Origin: a virus
Taxonomy: Duplodnaviria > Caudoviricetes
Virus record (IMG/VR): IMGVR_UViG_3300012931_000291
Span: 1 to 61,044 of that record
Length of the DNA: 61,044 bases
Strand: one strand, 5' to 3'
This document shows positions 1 to 9,617 of the stretch, one piece after another. Every line of letters starts with the position of its first letter. Within the stretch, counting starts at the first letter, position 1. Below the pieces are notes generated by a model that worked only from the letters and a program-made list of their open reading frames with translations, had not been told where the DNA came from and did no database searches. A program made the translations under genes and the position numbers.

Positions 1-409
1 CATTGGGAATGACACCTTCGCGTGCTGCAAGAGCCTGACATCGATCACCATCCCTGATTCAGTGACCAGTATTGGGGATGATGCCTTCTATGGCTGCGAA
101 GGCCTAGTATCGATTACGATTCCCGATTCAGTGACCAGCATCGGGGATGATGCTTTCTATGGCTGCGAAGGCTTAGTATCGATTACGATTCCTGATTCTG
201 TGACCAGCATTGGGGATACCGCCTTCTATGGCTGCACGAGCTTGACATCAGTCACGATAAACGCCACGAGCGTGCCAGCCTTGGGCAATTCTGCTTTTGA
301 CGAAAACAAAAGCGGACGATGTATTTACGTGTCTTTGGGATCGGTTGCCAGCTACAAAGCAGCCTGGCCTAGGTACGCAGATTATATTGTCACGCAGAAG
401 GAGGACTGA
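1..409 (+). CDS. BspA-type (TpLRR) leucine-rich repeat protein, 5' end outside window
   Basis: Frame is open from base 2. It carries 23-aa repeats of the form L.SITIPDSVTSIG..AFYGC and a C-terminal cap (IYV..GSV.SYKAAW..YA). Confidence 0.9.
   Translation, partial: IGNDTFACCKSLTSITIPDSVTSIGDDAFYGCEGLVSITIPDSVTSIGDDAFYGCEGLVSITIPDSVTSIGDTAFYGCTSLTSVTINATSVPALGNSAFDENKSGRCIYVSLGSVASYKAAWPRYADYIVTQKED
2..250 (+). repeat. 69-bp tandem coding repeats (LRR units)
   Basis: Units start at 2, 71, 140 and 209; those at 71 and 140 are nearly identical at DNA level. Confidence 0.9.
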
Positions 410-841
410 ATGGTCAATCAGGTTTTGGAGAATCAGTCAGGGGGGGCGGAGATGAGCGTGTTTGATCTTTACGACTACATGTCCTTGTACCTCGCTGACT
501 GGCAGAGGCAGTGGATTACTGAGACTTATCTGGAATGTCCAGATCGCGTGGAGAAGTTCAAAGAGCTCTGTGCGAAGAACTCAGACGTCTCGATTACCAT
601 GAATGCTATGTTTGTCGCTCGCTATCTACTCGAGAAGGAGAAGATCGTAGTTTTCCCTTGGGTTATCATCTCCCGTTCATTCGACCTCGGGGCTGGCAAC
701 TGGAAGATGCTCCTCCTCGACGAGTCAGCAGTGATTCAGAGCAAGGTATCGATCAGTGCTATCGTCGAGAAGATCAAGTGGCATGAGGAGATCAAGCTCG
801 TACCTCATCTAGACCAAGGCTTATACGAAATCATCCTCTGA
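410..841 (+). CDS. hypothetical protein
   Basis: 143-aa ORF abutting the upstream stop; no motif recognised. Confidence 0.6.
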   Translation: MVNQVLENQSGGAEMSVFDLYDYMSLYLADWQRQWITETYLECPDRVEKFKELCAKNSDVSITMNAMFVARYLLEKEKIVVFPWVIISRSFDLGAGNWKMLLLDESAVIQSKVSISAIVEKIKWHEEIKLVPHLDQGLYEIIL

Positions 842-848
842 GGCGCCG

Positions 849-1622
849 GTGATGACTTCACGCGATATCGTTGAGCTTCTTCGGCAGAGGCACGCGGAGG
901 ACTTGTTCGTTCCTGAATGCAAGAACGGTCCGACATGGACAAGCCATCATCGCCGCCTCGATGCTTGGGTGATGAAGAAGTCGTGGTCGTCTTTCAACAC
1001 CATCGGCTACGAGATCAAGGTCTCACGATCGGACTTCTTGGCCGATCAGAAAATGTCTGACTACATCCCTCTCTGCAATGACTTCTTCGTCGTTTGTCCC
1101 CCGGGCGTGGTCAAGTTCGCCTCGGAGCTCCCACTTGAAGCTGGCTGGCTTCAGGTCACGGGGACGGGGAACCGTTTGATCATCAAGAAGCGAGCCCAGC
1201 ACCGGCAGATAGACGACCCGATCATGCTCTACCGCTACATCTTGATGTGCAGGACTCAGATCACTACTGAGGCCCAGCTCGAAGTCGATCAGACTGAGTT
1301 CTGGAAGATCTGGATTGAGAAGAGAGAAGTCGACCGTTACTTAGGTCGCCGCGTGAGCAAGGCCCTGGCCGTGGAGATCAAGAAGTACACGGAGACAGTA
1401 CAAGAGGAGAATGATCGACTCAAGGCGAGGATCGAGTCCTTGGAAGAGATCGGGCAGAAGATCAAGGATCTTGGCCTCGATCCCAAGGCGCCGAAGTGGA
1501 GCTTGTACCGTCAGCTCGAGCATTACAAGAACGGCTCGAGCGAAGAGATCTTGATGAGGATCCAGGCAGCGATGTCCAATCTCAAGGAGCTCGAAGCAGC
1601 CTTGAAGGAGGCGAAGAAGTGA
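849..1622 (+). CDS. MmcB-like PD-(D/E)xK nuclease / DNA repair protein
   Basis: RLDAW...GYEIKVSRSDFLADQK motif, with a C-terminal coiled coil. Confidence 0.7.
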   Translation: MMTSRDIVELLRQRHAEDLFVPECKNGPTWTSHHRRLDAWVMKKSWSSFNTIGYEIKVSRSDFLADQKMSDYIPLCNDFFVVCPPGVVKFASELPLEAGWLQVTGTGNRLIIKKRAQHRQIDDPIMLYRYILMCRTQITTEAQLEVDQTEFWKIWIEKREVDRYLGRRVSKALAVEIKKYTETVQEENDRLKARIESLEEIGQKIKDLGLDPKAPKWSLYRQLEHYKNGSSEEILMRIQAAMSNLKELEAALKEAKK

Positions 1623-2083
1623 GTTGCATGAGGTGTGGGATGTGTTGCCGTGCCTTAATAGTCCCTATCGCACCAGAGCGCTTAAAAGATTTCAAGGATG
1701 CCGATCCCTACTCTTTTGACTACATGAAAATGTGGAAGCCTCTCACCTTGGACGAGGCGATGAAGATCAATCCTGGTCACTTTAGCCTGCTTGAAATTCG
1801 TGAGTATGTCGAGGGCCGGGGTCATTTCATCGAAGGATGTCATGGTTACATCTACTCTTGTTTGGCTCTTGTTGATAGTCCTGAGGGAGCGATTTGCACG
1901 GTTTACGATAAGCGACCTCTCGTCTGCTCCGACTACCCTTGGTATGGGCGTTCTCCCTCGCCTGGTTTTATCTTTTACTCGAGGACATGCGGGTACAAAG
2001 TAGATTTCAAAATCTACCAGAACAAGGGACTTCTTAGTAAAGCACTCAAGCTTCGGGCGAGGAAGAAGTCGAATGGTCTTTGA
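1619..2083 (+). CDS. YkgJ-family (CxxCxxCC) cysteine-cluster protein
   Basis: CMRCGMCC and CTVYDKRPLVCSDYP motifs; GTG start overlaps the upstream TGA. Confidence 0.8.
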   Translation: MSCMRCGMCCRALIVPIAPERLKDFKDADPYSFDYMKMWKPLTLDEAMKINPGHFSLLEIREYVEGRGHFIEGCHGYIYSCLALVDSPEGAICTVYDKRPLVCSDYPWYGRSPSPGFIFYSRTCGYKVDFKIYQNKGLLSKALKLRARKKSNGL

Positions 2084-2969
2084 TGTTATCGCCTTTCTCC
2101 GCGACAACGGTATCCAGTACTTCGAGGAAGGTGCCAACGTACAGAGAGGATGGGTTGGTGTCAGGTGTCCGTTTTGCTACGACCATTCCAACCACGGTGG
2201 TTTCAATCTTGCTAAAGGGTACTACAACTGCTGGAAGTGCGGGGGCCACCGAGTCATTGCCTACATCCAAGAGCTTCTTCGCGTCCCTGAACACGAAGCC
2301 ATCGACATCTACGATGATTATTCGTCAAGGACGACGATTCTTCAGCACCTCAACGACAAGAAGGTCGCGAAGGCGAAGAAGGTGGACATGCCAGGTGAAG
2401 AGCTTGGCAAGTTCCATCGCCGGTACCTTCTGGGCCGCGGATTCGATCCTGACTACATCTCGACGAAGTACCAGGTCAAAGGGACTGGTCCTGTGGGAAG
2501 TTTCAAACTCCGGTTGATGGTACCCATAATATATCATGGCCAACTCGTCTCGTTCAGTGGTCGCGACATCACTGGAAAGCAAGTTATCCGCTACAAGACT
2601 TGCAGTGTCGAGGAAAGTGTCATTAATCCTAAGCACGTCCTGTACAACTTGGATAACTGCAAGAAGGACTGGGTGGGTGTTGTCGAGGGTCCGTTCGACT
2701 GCTGGCGCATGGGTGATGACTACTGCGCCGGTCTCGGAACGACCTTCACTGACCAGCAGATTCGACTCCTCTCCTTCTACGACAAAGTGGTCTTCCTCTT
2801 CGACTCAGAGCCCGAGGCACAGGCCAGGGCAGAGAAGTACGGGATGCAGCTCTCATCCCTCGGCGTTAAGAAGGTCATCGTCGCGGACATCGAGACGAAC
2901 AAGGACCCGGCGGAGTTTTCGGAGCGGATGGCTGAACGAGTGAGACGGAAGGTAGGAGAGCTATTGTGA
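2073..2969 (+). CDS. DNA primase (Zn finger + TOPRIM)
   Basis: CPFC..H / CWKC zinc finger; VVEGPFD and FLFDSE TOPRIM motifs; KDPAE. Confidence 0.85.
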   Translation: MVFDVIAFLRDNGIQYFEEGANVQRGWVGVRCPFCYDHSNHGGFNLAKGYYNCWKCGGHRVIAYIQELLRVPEHEAIDIYDDYSSRTTILQHLNDKKVAKAKKVDMPGEELGKFHRRYLLGRGFDPDYISTKYQVKGTGPVGSFKLRLMVPIIYHGQLVSFSGRDITGKQVIRYKTCSVEESVINPKHVLYNLDNCKKDWVGVVEGPFDCWRMGDDYCAGLGTTFTDQQIRLLSFYDKVVFLFDSEPEAQARAEKYGMQLSSLGVKKVIVADIETNKDPAEFSERMAERVRRKVGELL

Positions 2970-4630
2970 AAGTAGTTGATATCGATTACAATATCTTAGT
3001 CATCCGATTTCGGCTCGAGTCCCAAAAGGAATTCTTCGAGCTTCTGGATAAGGTGAAGAACGGAGTGGAAGGCCGGACCTGGAACTCGAAGGCGAACGCG
3101 TGGAATGCCTTGCCAACGAAGAAGAATCTTGAGTACTTGAAGGACTTGGGATTCACTTTCACTAATCCAGTTCGAGAGCTCATGAGCGAGGCAGCTCCGA
3201 AGACGTTCATTGTCCCGGCCAAGTCAACACTCTCAGCCGTACAGATCGACGAGTCTAAGCTCGTTGGTTTCTTTCCCTACCAAGTCGAAGGAGTCAGGTT
3301 CCTGGAAGGACGCGATGGGGTAGGCGTCATTGGAGACGAGATGGGCCTGGGGAAGACGGTGCAGGCCCTGGGGTACCTGAAGATCCATCCAGAGGTCCGT
3401 CCGGCCCTTGTCGTCTGTCCTGCCGTTGCCAAGTATGTCTGGTTCGACGCGGCTCGGCAGTGGCTGAAGGTCAGGAAGTCAGAGATCGCAGTCTTGTCGA
3501 CGAGGACGACGTCCAACCTCCGAGGCGAACGCCCCTTGTACATTATCAACTATGACATCCTAAAGGACTGGGAGGAGGTGATCTCTACTTTGGGCATCCA
3601 GATCGTCATCGGCGACGAGGTCCAGTACATCTCGAATACGAAGGCCCAGAGGACTAAAGCCTTCGTCCGCGTTGCCAAGCACGTCAAGAAGAAGATCTTC
3701 CTCTCGGGCACGCCGATCAAGTCCTACCCCTACGAGTTCTTCACCGTCCTGAACCTGACGGAGCCGAAGGTGTTCTCGAACCAGTGGGCCTACCTCCAGA
3801 GGTACTGCGATCCGCGGCACAACGGCTTCGGTTGGACGTTCAAGGGAGCATCCAACCAGGACGAACTCCGCCGTCTGATCGAGCCGTTGATGCTCCGCCG
3901 CGAGAAAGCGGAAGTGCTTCCCGACCTGCCGCCGAAGCTGAAGCAAGTCGTTCCGCTCGAATGCGAAGCCGTCGAGTTTGCCACCTACGAGAACGCGGAC
4001 AAGGAGTTCCGCGAGTGGGTCAAGGACAACTTGTCGAAGAAGGGTTCGGCTGAGGCCAAGAACCAGGTCGAACATCTGAAGCAGCTCGCCTACTTGGCGA
4101 AGCGGAACTCCATCCTGAGGTGGATGAGAGAGTTCCTCGCCACCGGGCAAAAGCTCGTCGTCTTTGCCATTCACCTTCACGTCCTAGACGACATCGAGCG
4201 CGAGTTCAAGGATATCTCGGTCAGGATTGACGGGAAGACAAAGCCCGAAGACCGGAAGGCGATCGAACAGCAGTTCCAGAAGGATCCACTCGTCAAGTTG
4301 TTCATCGGCCAAGACGTAGCGGCAGGCGTGGCGATCACCTTGACAGCGTCTTCGGCAGTCGCCTTCTTGGAGTTCCCCTGGACCAACGCAGACATCGACC
4401 AGCCGGCCGACCGCTGCCATCGTATCGGGCAGAAGGACACGGTCAACGTCTACTTCCTGACCGCGAACGGGACGATCGAGAACAAGATCATCAAGCACTT
4501 GGACACGAACCGAGCAGTCGTGAAGAAACTCCTGGATGGGAAGGAGGTCCAGGACACCGATCTTCTGGCCAATCTGCTTGAGGACTATCTAAAAGGGGAG
4601 GAGGCAGAGGTTGAAGGCGAAGGAAATTGA
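2966..4630 (+). CDS. SNF2-family (HARP/SMARCAL1-like) helicase
   Basis: DEMGLGKT, VVCPA, DEVQ, LSGTP, MLRREK and DRCHRIGQ motifs. Confidence 0.9.
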   Translation: MKVVDIDYNILVIRFRLESQKEFFELLDKVKNGVEGRTWNSKANAWNALPTKKNLEYLKDLGFTFTNPVRELMSEAAPKTFIVPAKSTLSAVQIDESKLVGFFPYQVEGVRFLEGRDGVGVIGDEMGLGKTVQALGYLKIHPEVRPALVVCPAVAKYVWFDAARQWLKVRKSEIAVLSTRTTSNLRGERPLYIINYDILKDWEEVISTLGIQIVIGDEVQYISNTKAQRTKAFVRVAKHVKKKIFLSGTPIKSYPYEFFTVLNLTEPKVFSNQWAYLQRYCDPRHNGFGWTFKGASNQDELRRLIEPLMLRREKAEVLPDLPPKLKQVVPLECEAVEFATYENADKEFREWVKDNLSKKGSAEAKNQVEHLKQLAYLAKRNSILRWMREFLATGQKLVVFAIHLHVLDDIEREFKDISVRIDGKTKPEDRKAIEQQFQKDPLVKLFIGQDVAAGVAITLTASSAVAFLEFPWTNADIDQPADRCHRIGQKDTVNVYFLTANGTIENKIIKHLDTNRAVVKKLLDGKEVQDTDLLANLLEDYLKGEEAEVEGEGN

Positions 4631-6053
4631 CGCATCGTCTGAGCGTCAGATTGTAACCTATGCGATCACATCTAGCAGGTTCCTTCGCGATGTCAGTGTC
4701 GCGTTGCAGCCGGAGTACTTGGAGTCCTCGTACGCGAGGATCGTCGTCAAATGGGTCTTGGAGTACTACAAGGAATACCGAGAGGCCCCAGGGAAACACA
4801 TCCAGGAGTTGTACCAGAAGAACAGTTCCCAGATCAGAGATGAAGACGACACGGAGCTCGTCTCTGAGTTCCTCGTTCGGCTCTCCGACCAGTACAAGGA
4901 CGGAGACGTAGCCGGGGACAAGGACAACATCGACTTCATCGTCAAGAACGCGATCACCTACCTGAAGCTCCAGTCGGTGAAGCGCTTGAAAGAGAACCTA
5001 GATGTCTGCCTGCTGAACAAGGATTCAGTGAAGGCGGAGCAGGAGGTCGCGAACTTCCGTCGCGTTGAGACGCCGAGGGACAAGGGTGTCTCGATGTTCG
5101 AGGACACAGTGGCGGTGACGACGGCCTTCCTGGAAGAAGAAGATGCACTCTTCCGTTTCCCCGGCGTCCTGGGCGATGAGGTCGGAACCTTCACCAGGGG
5201 CGATCTGATCGCCTACCTCGCAGCTGCGAAGAGGGGGAAGTCCTGGTGGGAGTGGTACACCGCGCAGATGGCGACGTATCACGGCTTCCGCGCCGTTGTC
5301 TTCAACCTGGAGATGACGTCGAACCAGGTGATCCGCCGCTCCTGGACCTCTCTGACCGGGATGCCCCGCCGCAGGAAGGAGACCCAGCTCAAGCGGATGA
5401 TCGAGATCCCATACTTCGATCGTGACGGCGAGGAGGGTCCATGGAGGATTGAGACTCGGGAGAAGGAATACAACACTATCGACTTGACGAAGGTGGCGAC
5501 AAAGCAGAGGGGCTTCCGGCGGCAATTCCGTTCCGGCAACATCCGCATCTTCTCCCTTCCTGCCTATTCGGCGACGGTGAATGATATCCAGGCCCATCTT
5601 GACAACTTGCTCTACTACGACGAGTTTGCCCCAGACGTGATCGTCGTGGACTACGCGGATCTGATCGCCCCGACGGGGAACTACAGGGGCGAGTATCGTC
5701 AACAGCTCGACGAGATCTGGAAGAGCCTTAGGAGGATCGCCCAGGAGAGGAATGCCTTGGTCGTGACAGCTTCTCAGGCAGGTCGAGCCGCCTTCGATGC
5801 TGACGCGGCGGAGAAGGACATAGCAGAAGACATACGCAAGATTGCTCACGTCTCGAAGCTGATCTCGATCAACCAGACTAGAGTGGAACGAGATGTTGGT
5901 GTAATTCGGATTCAACAGCTCGTCGAGCGCGACGATAGAACAGGAGGGAGGAAGGTAGTGGTGCTGCAATGCCTAGATCTTGGTCAGGTGTGCCTTGACT
6001 CCAGGTTGCAGAAGGACGTCATCCTGCCCAAGCCACCGAACGGCAAGGACTGA
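4611..6053 (+). CDS. DnaB-like replicative helicase
   Basis: Walker A AAAKRGKS, FNLEM, VIVVDYADL and VVTASQ motifs. Confidence 0.85.
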   Translation: MKAKEIDASSERQIVTYAITSSRFLRDVSVALQPEYLESSYARIVVKWVLEYYKEYREAPGKHIQELYQKNSSQIRDEDDTELVSEFLVRLSDQYKDGDVAGDKDNIDFIVKNAITYLKLQSVKRLKENLDVCLLNKDSVKAEQEVANFRRVETPRDKGVSMFEDTVAVTTAFLEEEDALFRFPGVLGDEVGTFTRGDLIAYLAAAKRGKSWWEWYTAQMATYHGFRAVVFNLEMTSNQVIRRSWTSLTGMPRRRKETQLKRMIEIPYFDRDGEEGPWRIETREKEYNTIDLTKVATKQRGFRRQFRSGNIRIFSLPAYSATVNDIQAHLDNLLYYDEFAPDVIVVDYADLIAPTGNYRGEYRQQLDEIWKSLRRIAQERNALVVTASQAGRAAFDADAAEKDIAEDIRKIAHVSKLISINQTRVERDVGVIRIQQLVERDDRTGGRKVVVLQCLDLGQVCLDSRLQKDVILPKPPNGKD

Positions 6054-6057
6054 CAAG

Positions 6058-6101
6058 TTTTCAAACTATTGGTCGCCAAGACCAATAATATATCGAAGGA
6101 G
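6058..6101 (+). promoter_or_regulatory. bipartite promoter-like motif, copy 1 (upstream of queD)
   Basis: TTTTCAAACT-N10-AAGACCAATAATA-N4-GAAGGAG, identical in boxes and spacing to 17232-17275. Confidence 0.7.
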
Positions 6102-6111
6102 AAGAAAGGGA

Positions 6112-6450
6112 ATGTACGAGGTTCACAAGACGATGACTGTGGCTGGGGCTCATCATCTTAACTTGAACTACGAGTCCAGGTGTTCTAGTCTTCATGGACA
6201 TAATTGGCGAATTACAGTTGTTTGCCGCGTTAAGGATGATGGCCTAGACGTCAACGGCATGGTCGTAGACTTCACTGACATCAAGAAGATCGTCAACAAG
6301 TTCGACCATGCCAACCTCAATGATTTCGTCGTCCAGCCGACGGCGGAGAACATCGCGAAGTACCTCTACGAGGAGATTCCACACTGCGCCAGGATTGAGG
6401 TCGAGGAGACTGAAGGGAATAAGGTAGTATATGAACCCGATCGAGACTAG
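6112..6450 (+). CDS. queD: 6-carboxy-5,6,7,8-tetrahydropterin synthase
   Basis: AHHL, C..LHGHNW, FDHANLN and PTAENIA motifs. Confidence 0.92.
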   Translation: MYEVHKTMTVAGAHHLNLNYESRCSSLHGHNWRITVVCRVKDDGLDVNGMVVDFTDIKKIVNKFDHANLNDFVVQPTAENIAKYLYEEIPHCARIEVEETEGNKVVYEPDRD

Positions 6451-7045
6451 TATTGGCATCAAGATGAAGATTTCAGAGATATTTTATAGTTTGCAAGGTG
6501 AGGGTTACTGGGCAGGGATCCCAGCGGTGTTCGTTCGCTTCTCTGGATGCAATCGTTTTTGCTCGTTCTGCGACACCCAGCACAACTTCTTCTCCACGAT
6601 GTCTGTCAAGGACATTCTCCAGAAGGTGATGAGTCTCGGATCGGCACGAAGGGTAGTCGTGACTGGCGGTGAGCCGATGACACAGTTGGAAGGTTTTCAC
6701 GATCTCTCCCTCGCTTTCGCGGCCGCGGGGTACGAGGTTCATCTCGAGACGAACGGCGACTTCGAGGTCGATCCCTCGGAAGTGGATTGGCTTACAGTCA
6801 GCCCCAAGGGACCGGAGTGGAAGCAGAAGATCGGCGATGAGATCAAGGTCGTCTACACCGGTCAGTCCAAGGAGGAACTCGAGCAGTACCTAGAGTCCTC
6901 AGACAAGGTCTACTTCAAGCATCGCTTCCTCCAACCCTGCTCCACACCGGAGGGTTCCAACGTCGAGGCGACGGTCGAGTACATCAAGGCCGATCCGCGC
7001 TGGCGACTCTCCCTTCAGATTCACAAGTTGATTGGTGTAAGGTGA
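6431..7045 (+). CDS. queE: 7-carboxy-7-deazaguanine synthase (radical SAM)
   Basis: FYSLQGEG, CNRFCSFCDT, VTGGEP, ETNG and LSLQIHK motifs; true start may be slightly downstream. Confidence 0.92.
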   Translation: MNPIETSIGIKMKISEIFYSLQGEGYWAGIPAVFVRFSGCNRFCSFCDTQHNFFSTMSVKDILQKVMSLGSARRVVVTGGEPMTQLEGFHDLSLAFAAAGYEVHLETNGDFEVDPSEVDWLTVSPKGPEWKQKIGDEIKVVYTGQSKEELEQYLESSDKVYFKHRFLQPCSTPEGSNVEATVEYIKADPRWRLSLQIHKLIGVR

Positions 7046-7208
7046 AGTATGAGGACTGGGCAGGATATTCCTGAGTTTTGTGGTTGTGTAGAAAGGTTGT
7101 GGGGTGCAAGATTTCAGAGAAAACTAGGGAAAATATGCGACTTGCCCAACTAAAGAGATGGAAAATATATGGGAGACACGGAGAATGAAAAATGGAGGAG
7201 GTACAGTG

Positions 7209-7910
7209 ATGGAAGAGAGGTGCCAGCGGTGCGGAGCTGCCTTGACTGGCGGCAACTCCGAGGAAGGAGATTTGACTCTCTGCGTGAAGTGCGAAGAGCG
7301 ATACCTCGCGGCCAAGCAGTCCCTCCAGTCGGAGTTCGTAGGCGTGGCGAAGATCGAGAAAGGGATGACGACGATCCTCGAAGGTCTCCATGATGCCTTC
7401 GGCCTGGACCTGGAGGACGTCAATTTTAAGGACACGCCGAGGAGAGTGGCCAGGGCGTACGCGGAGATCTTCCGCGGCGTGAAGGACACGGACAAGCAGG
7501 TTCAGCGGATCCTCGGAACCTCCTTCCCTGCTGAGGTGAAGGAGATGATCGTCGTGAAGGACGTCAAGGCCTTCTCGATGTGTCCTCACCACTTCTTGCC
7601 CGTCGAGTACGACATCACTGTCGCCTACATCTCGAACGGGAAGGTCCTAGGGATCTCGAAGCTGTCCCGCCTGGCTGAGGTCTTGGCCAAGCGTCCAGTC
7701 CTTCAGGAGACCTTTACTGAGGAGATTGCAGAGGAACTCTTCAAAGGCGTCGAGGCCTTGGGTGTAGGCGTCTGGGTCGAGGGAACGCACTACTGCATGA
7801 AGATGCGGGGTGCTAAGCAGGTTCAAGCCAAGACAGTGACCTCGGCAATCCGGGGCTGCTTCGAGGAACCAGAAGTTCAAGCGGAGTTCTTGTCTTTGAC
7901 GAAGGGCTAG
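7209..7910 (+). CDS. folE: GTP cyclohydrolase I with N-terminal CxxC..CxxC extension
   Basis: TPRRVA, FSMCPHHFLP, GISKL.R, LQE and HYCMKMRG motifs; GGAGG upstream of ATG 7209. Confidence 0.92.
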   Translation: MEERCQRCGAALTGGNSEEGDLTLCVKCEERYLAAKQSLQSEFVGVAKIEKGMTTILEGLHDAFGLDLEDVNFKDTPRRVARAYAEIFRGVKDTDKQVQRILGTSFPAEVKEMIVVKDVKAFSMCPHHFLPVEYDITVAYISNGKVLGISKLSRLAEVLAKRPVLQETFTEEIAEELFKGVEALGVGVWVEGTHYCMKMRGAKQVQAKTVTSAIRGCFEEPEVQAEFLSLTKG

Positions 7911-7993
7911 TCGTTCTCAGATGAGAACGTGGATTGAAACGAGGAAGAAACGGTCTGGGAAGAATTCCTGGCCCTTATTACTAGGAGGAAGAA

Positions 7994-8644
7994 ATGCGAG
8001 ATAAGCTTATCGTGACGAGTGGGGGCATGGATTCGATCACTCTCCTCTACGAGCAGAAGGACAACATTAAGCGAGCACTGTCCTTCTGGTATGGGCAGAA
8101 GCACAAGAAGGAGCTCGACTTCGCGCGGTGCAACTGTGAGAAGCTGGGAATAAGCTGGTCGCTTATCGACCTGTCCAGCCTCCTTCCTGATCTCAAGTCC
8201 AACTTGCTTTATGGGGGTGGTGACATTCCCGAAGGGCATTATGAGGACGAGAACCAGAAGCTCACTGTCGTCCCGTTCAGGAATGGGATTATGCTCTCGA
8301 TCGCCTGTGGCATCGCGGAGTCCTGCGGGTGCAAGTCCGTCCTGATCGCCAACCACGCTGGTGACCATGCTATCTACCCGGACTGCCGGGACACGTTTAT
8401 CGAGCCGATGGCTAACGCGATGAAGTATGGGACCTACGCAAGGATTGTCCTTGAGGCCCCTTATACATACAAGACCAAGCGTGATATCGGCCTCATCGGC
8501 CATGATCTGGGTATTGATTACGGGAATGATACTTGGACTTGCTATAAGGGTCGCGTTCGCCATTGCGGCAAGTGTGGTGCATGCACTGAACGAAGGGAGG
8601 CTCTTGCGGGCTTCGACAACACGGTTTACGAGGCTTGGCTATGA
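7994..8644 (+). CDS. queC: 7-cyano-7-deazaguanine (preQ0) synthase
   Basis: SGGMDS, PFRNG, YPDCR and TWTCY...CGKCGACTERR motifs. Confidence 0.95.
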   Translation: MRDKLIVTSGGMDSITLLYEQKDNIKRALSFWYGQKHKKELDFARCNCEKLGISWSLIDLSSLLPDLKSNLLYGGGDIPEGHYEDENQKLTVVPFRNGIMLSIACGIAESCGCKSVLIANHAGDHAIYPDCRDTFIEPMANAMKYGTYARIVLEAPYTYKTKRDIGLIGHDLGIDYGNDTWTCYKGRVRHCGKCGACTERREALAGFDNTVYEAWL

Positions 8645-8940
8645 AGCTGTCAGAATTGCGTCCGTGCGACAAGTGTGGGGGACCGATCAATCCGATCTTC
8701 CACGTCGTCAGATATTCGCCCGCTGTCGTCAGTCAGCAGGCAGCGAGGGAGACGCTGGGCCTCAGCCAGATGTTCGGTGGTCACCTGGGTCTGGCGGAGG
8801 TGATGACCTCGAAGCCGGACGTAGTTTCGGTAGCCATGGACGACAAGGAGCACGCCGAGCTTGGTGTGGAGATCTTCCTCTGCAACGACTGCTACTGTGG
8901 CGATGTCAACCTTGCCGTCCTGGCAAAGAAGAAGGAGTAG
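8641..8940 (+). CDS. hypothetical Zn-ribbon protein
   Basis: CDKC ... CNDC pair; ATGA overlap with queC. Confidence 0.65.
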   Translation: MKLSELRPCDKCGGPINPIFHVVRYSPAVVSQQAARETLGLSQMFGGHLGLAEVMTSKPDVVSVAMDDKEHAELGVEIFLCNDCYCGDVNLAVLAKKKE

Positions 8941-8945
8941 ATTTC

Positions 8946-9617
8946 ATGGAGAAACTTACGAGAAAGGTTATGATCGGAACTCCCACATATGACGGACGTC
9001 TTGATGTTCGATATGTCGACGCGTTAATCAATACGATCAGGACAAGTCCTGTGGACACTTATGTGTTTCCTGTTTTCGTCCCTGGGGATGCGTTGGTTCA
9101 GCGCGCGCGGAACTACTTGTTTAGTTTAGCAATGCGTGCACAGGTGGACGATTTGGTCATGATCGATTCTGACATGGGGTGGGCTCCTGCTGATTTCTGG
9201 CGGTTGATGGCACATGACGTCCATTTTGTTGGAGCTCTTTGTCGACAGAAAATTGATGAAGTAGTACTAACAATTTACGCCCACGAAAATGCTATCCCCC
9301 AAGAATCAGGTTTGTTGGAGGTAGATGGTGTGGGGGGTATGGTTCGACTCACGTCTTTCGCGCTGAACAAGTTGTGGAATATGTCAAGTCCATACAAAAA
9401 CGGACTTGAGGTGTCACGAATGGTGTACGAAGTTACTATCGACGACAAGGGTGAATTAGTGGGAGAAGATCTTGCCGTGTGTAATAAGTGGAGATCTTTG
9501 AAGGAGCATGTGTATGTAGACACAACTATTTGTTGTGATCATGTTGGATTAAAGGTGTTTTCTATTCCGAAAGTCAGTAAGAACAAGGAGCAAGTAGATG
9601 AAGACCACACTCGATGA
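8946..9617 (+). CDS. GT-A fold (GT2-like) glycosyltransferase
   Basis: MIGTPTYDG, LVQRARN, DxD motif (IDSD), GEDLAVC and CDHVG. Confidence 0.8.
   Translation: MEKLTRKVMIGTPTYDGRLDVRYVDALINTIRTSPVDTYVFPVFVPGDALVQRARNYLFSLAMRAQVDDLVMIDSDMGWAPADFWRLMAHDVHFVGALCRQKIDEVVLTIYAHENAIPQESGLLEVDGVGGMVRLTSFALNKLWNMSSPYKNGLEVSRMVYEVTIDDKGELVGEDLAVCNKWRSLKEHVYVDTTICCDHVGLKVFSIPKVSKNKEQVDEDHTR

Noticed and set aside
2-250. LRR or fibre repeats as DGR template/variable repeats
   Set aside because: No reverse transcriptase is present in the window, and the differences are not adenine-specific.
8427-8945. Long N-terminal extension of the glycosyltransferase ORF
   Set aside because: It overlaps queC and the Zn-ribbon gene; ATG 8946 has an AAGGAG RBS and begins the recognisable domain.
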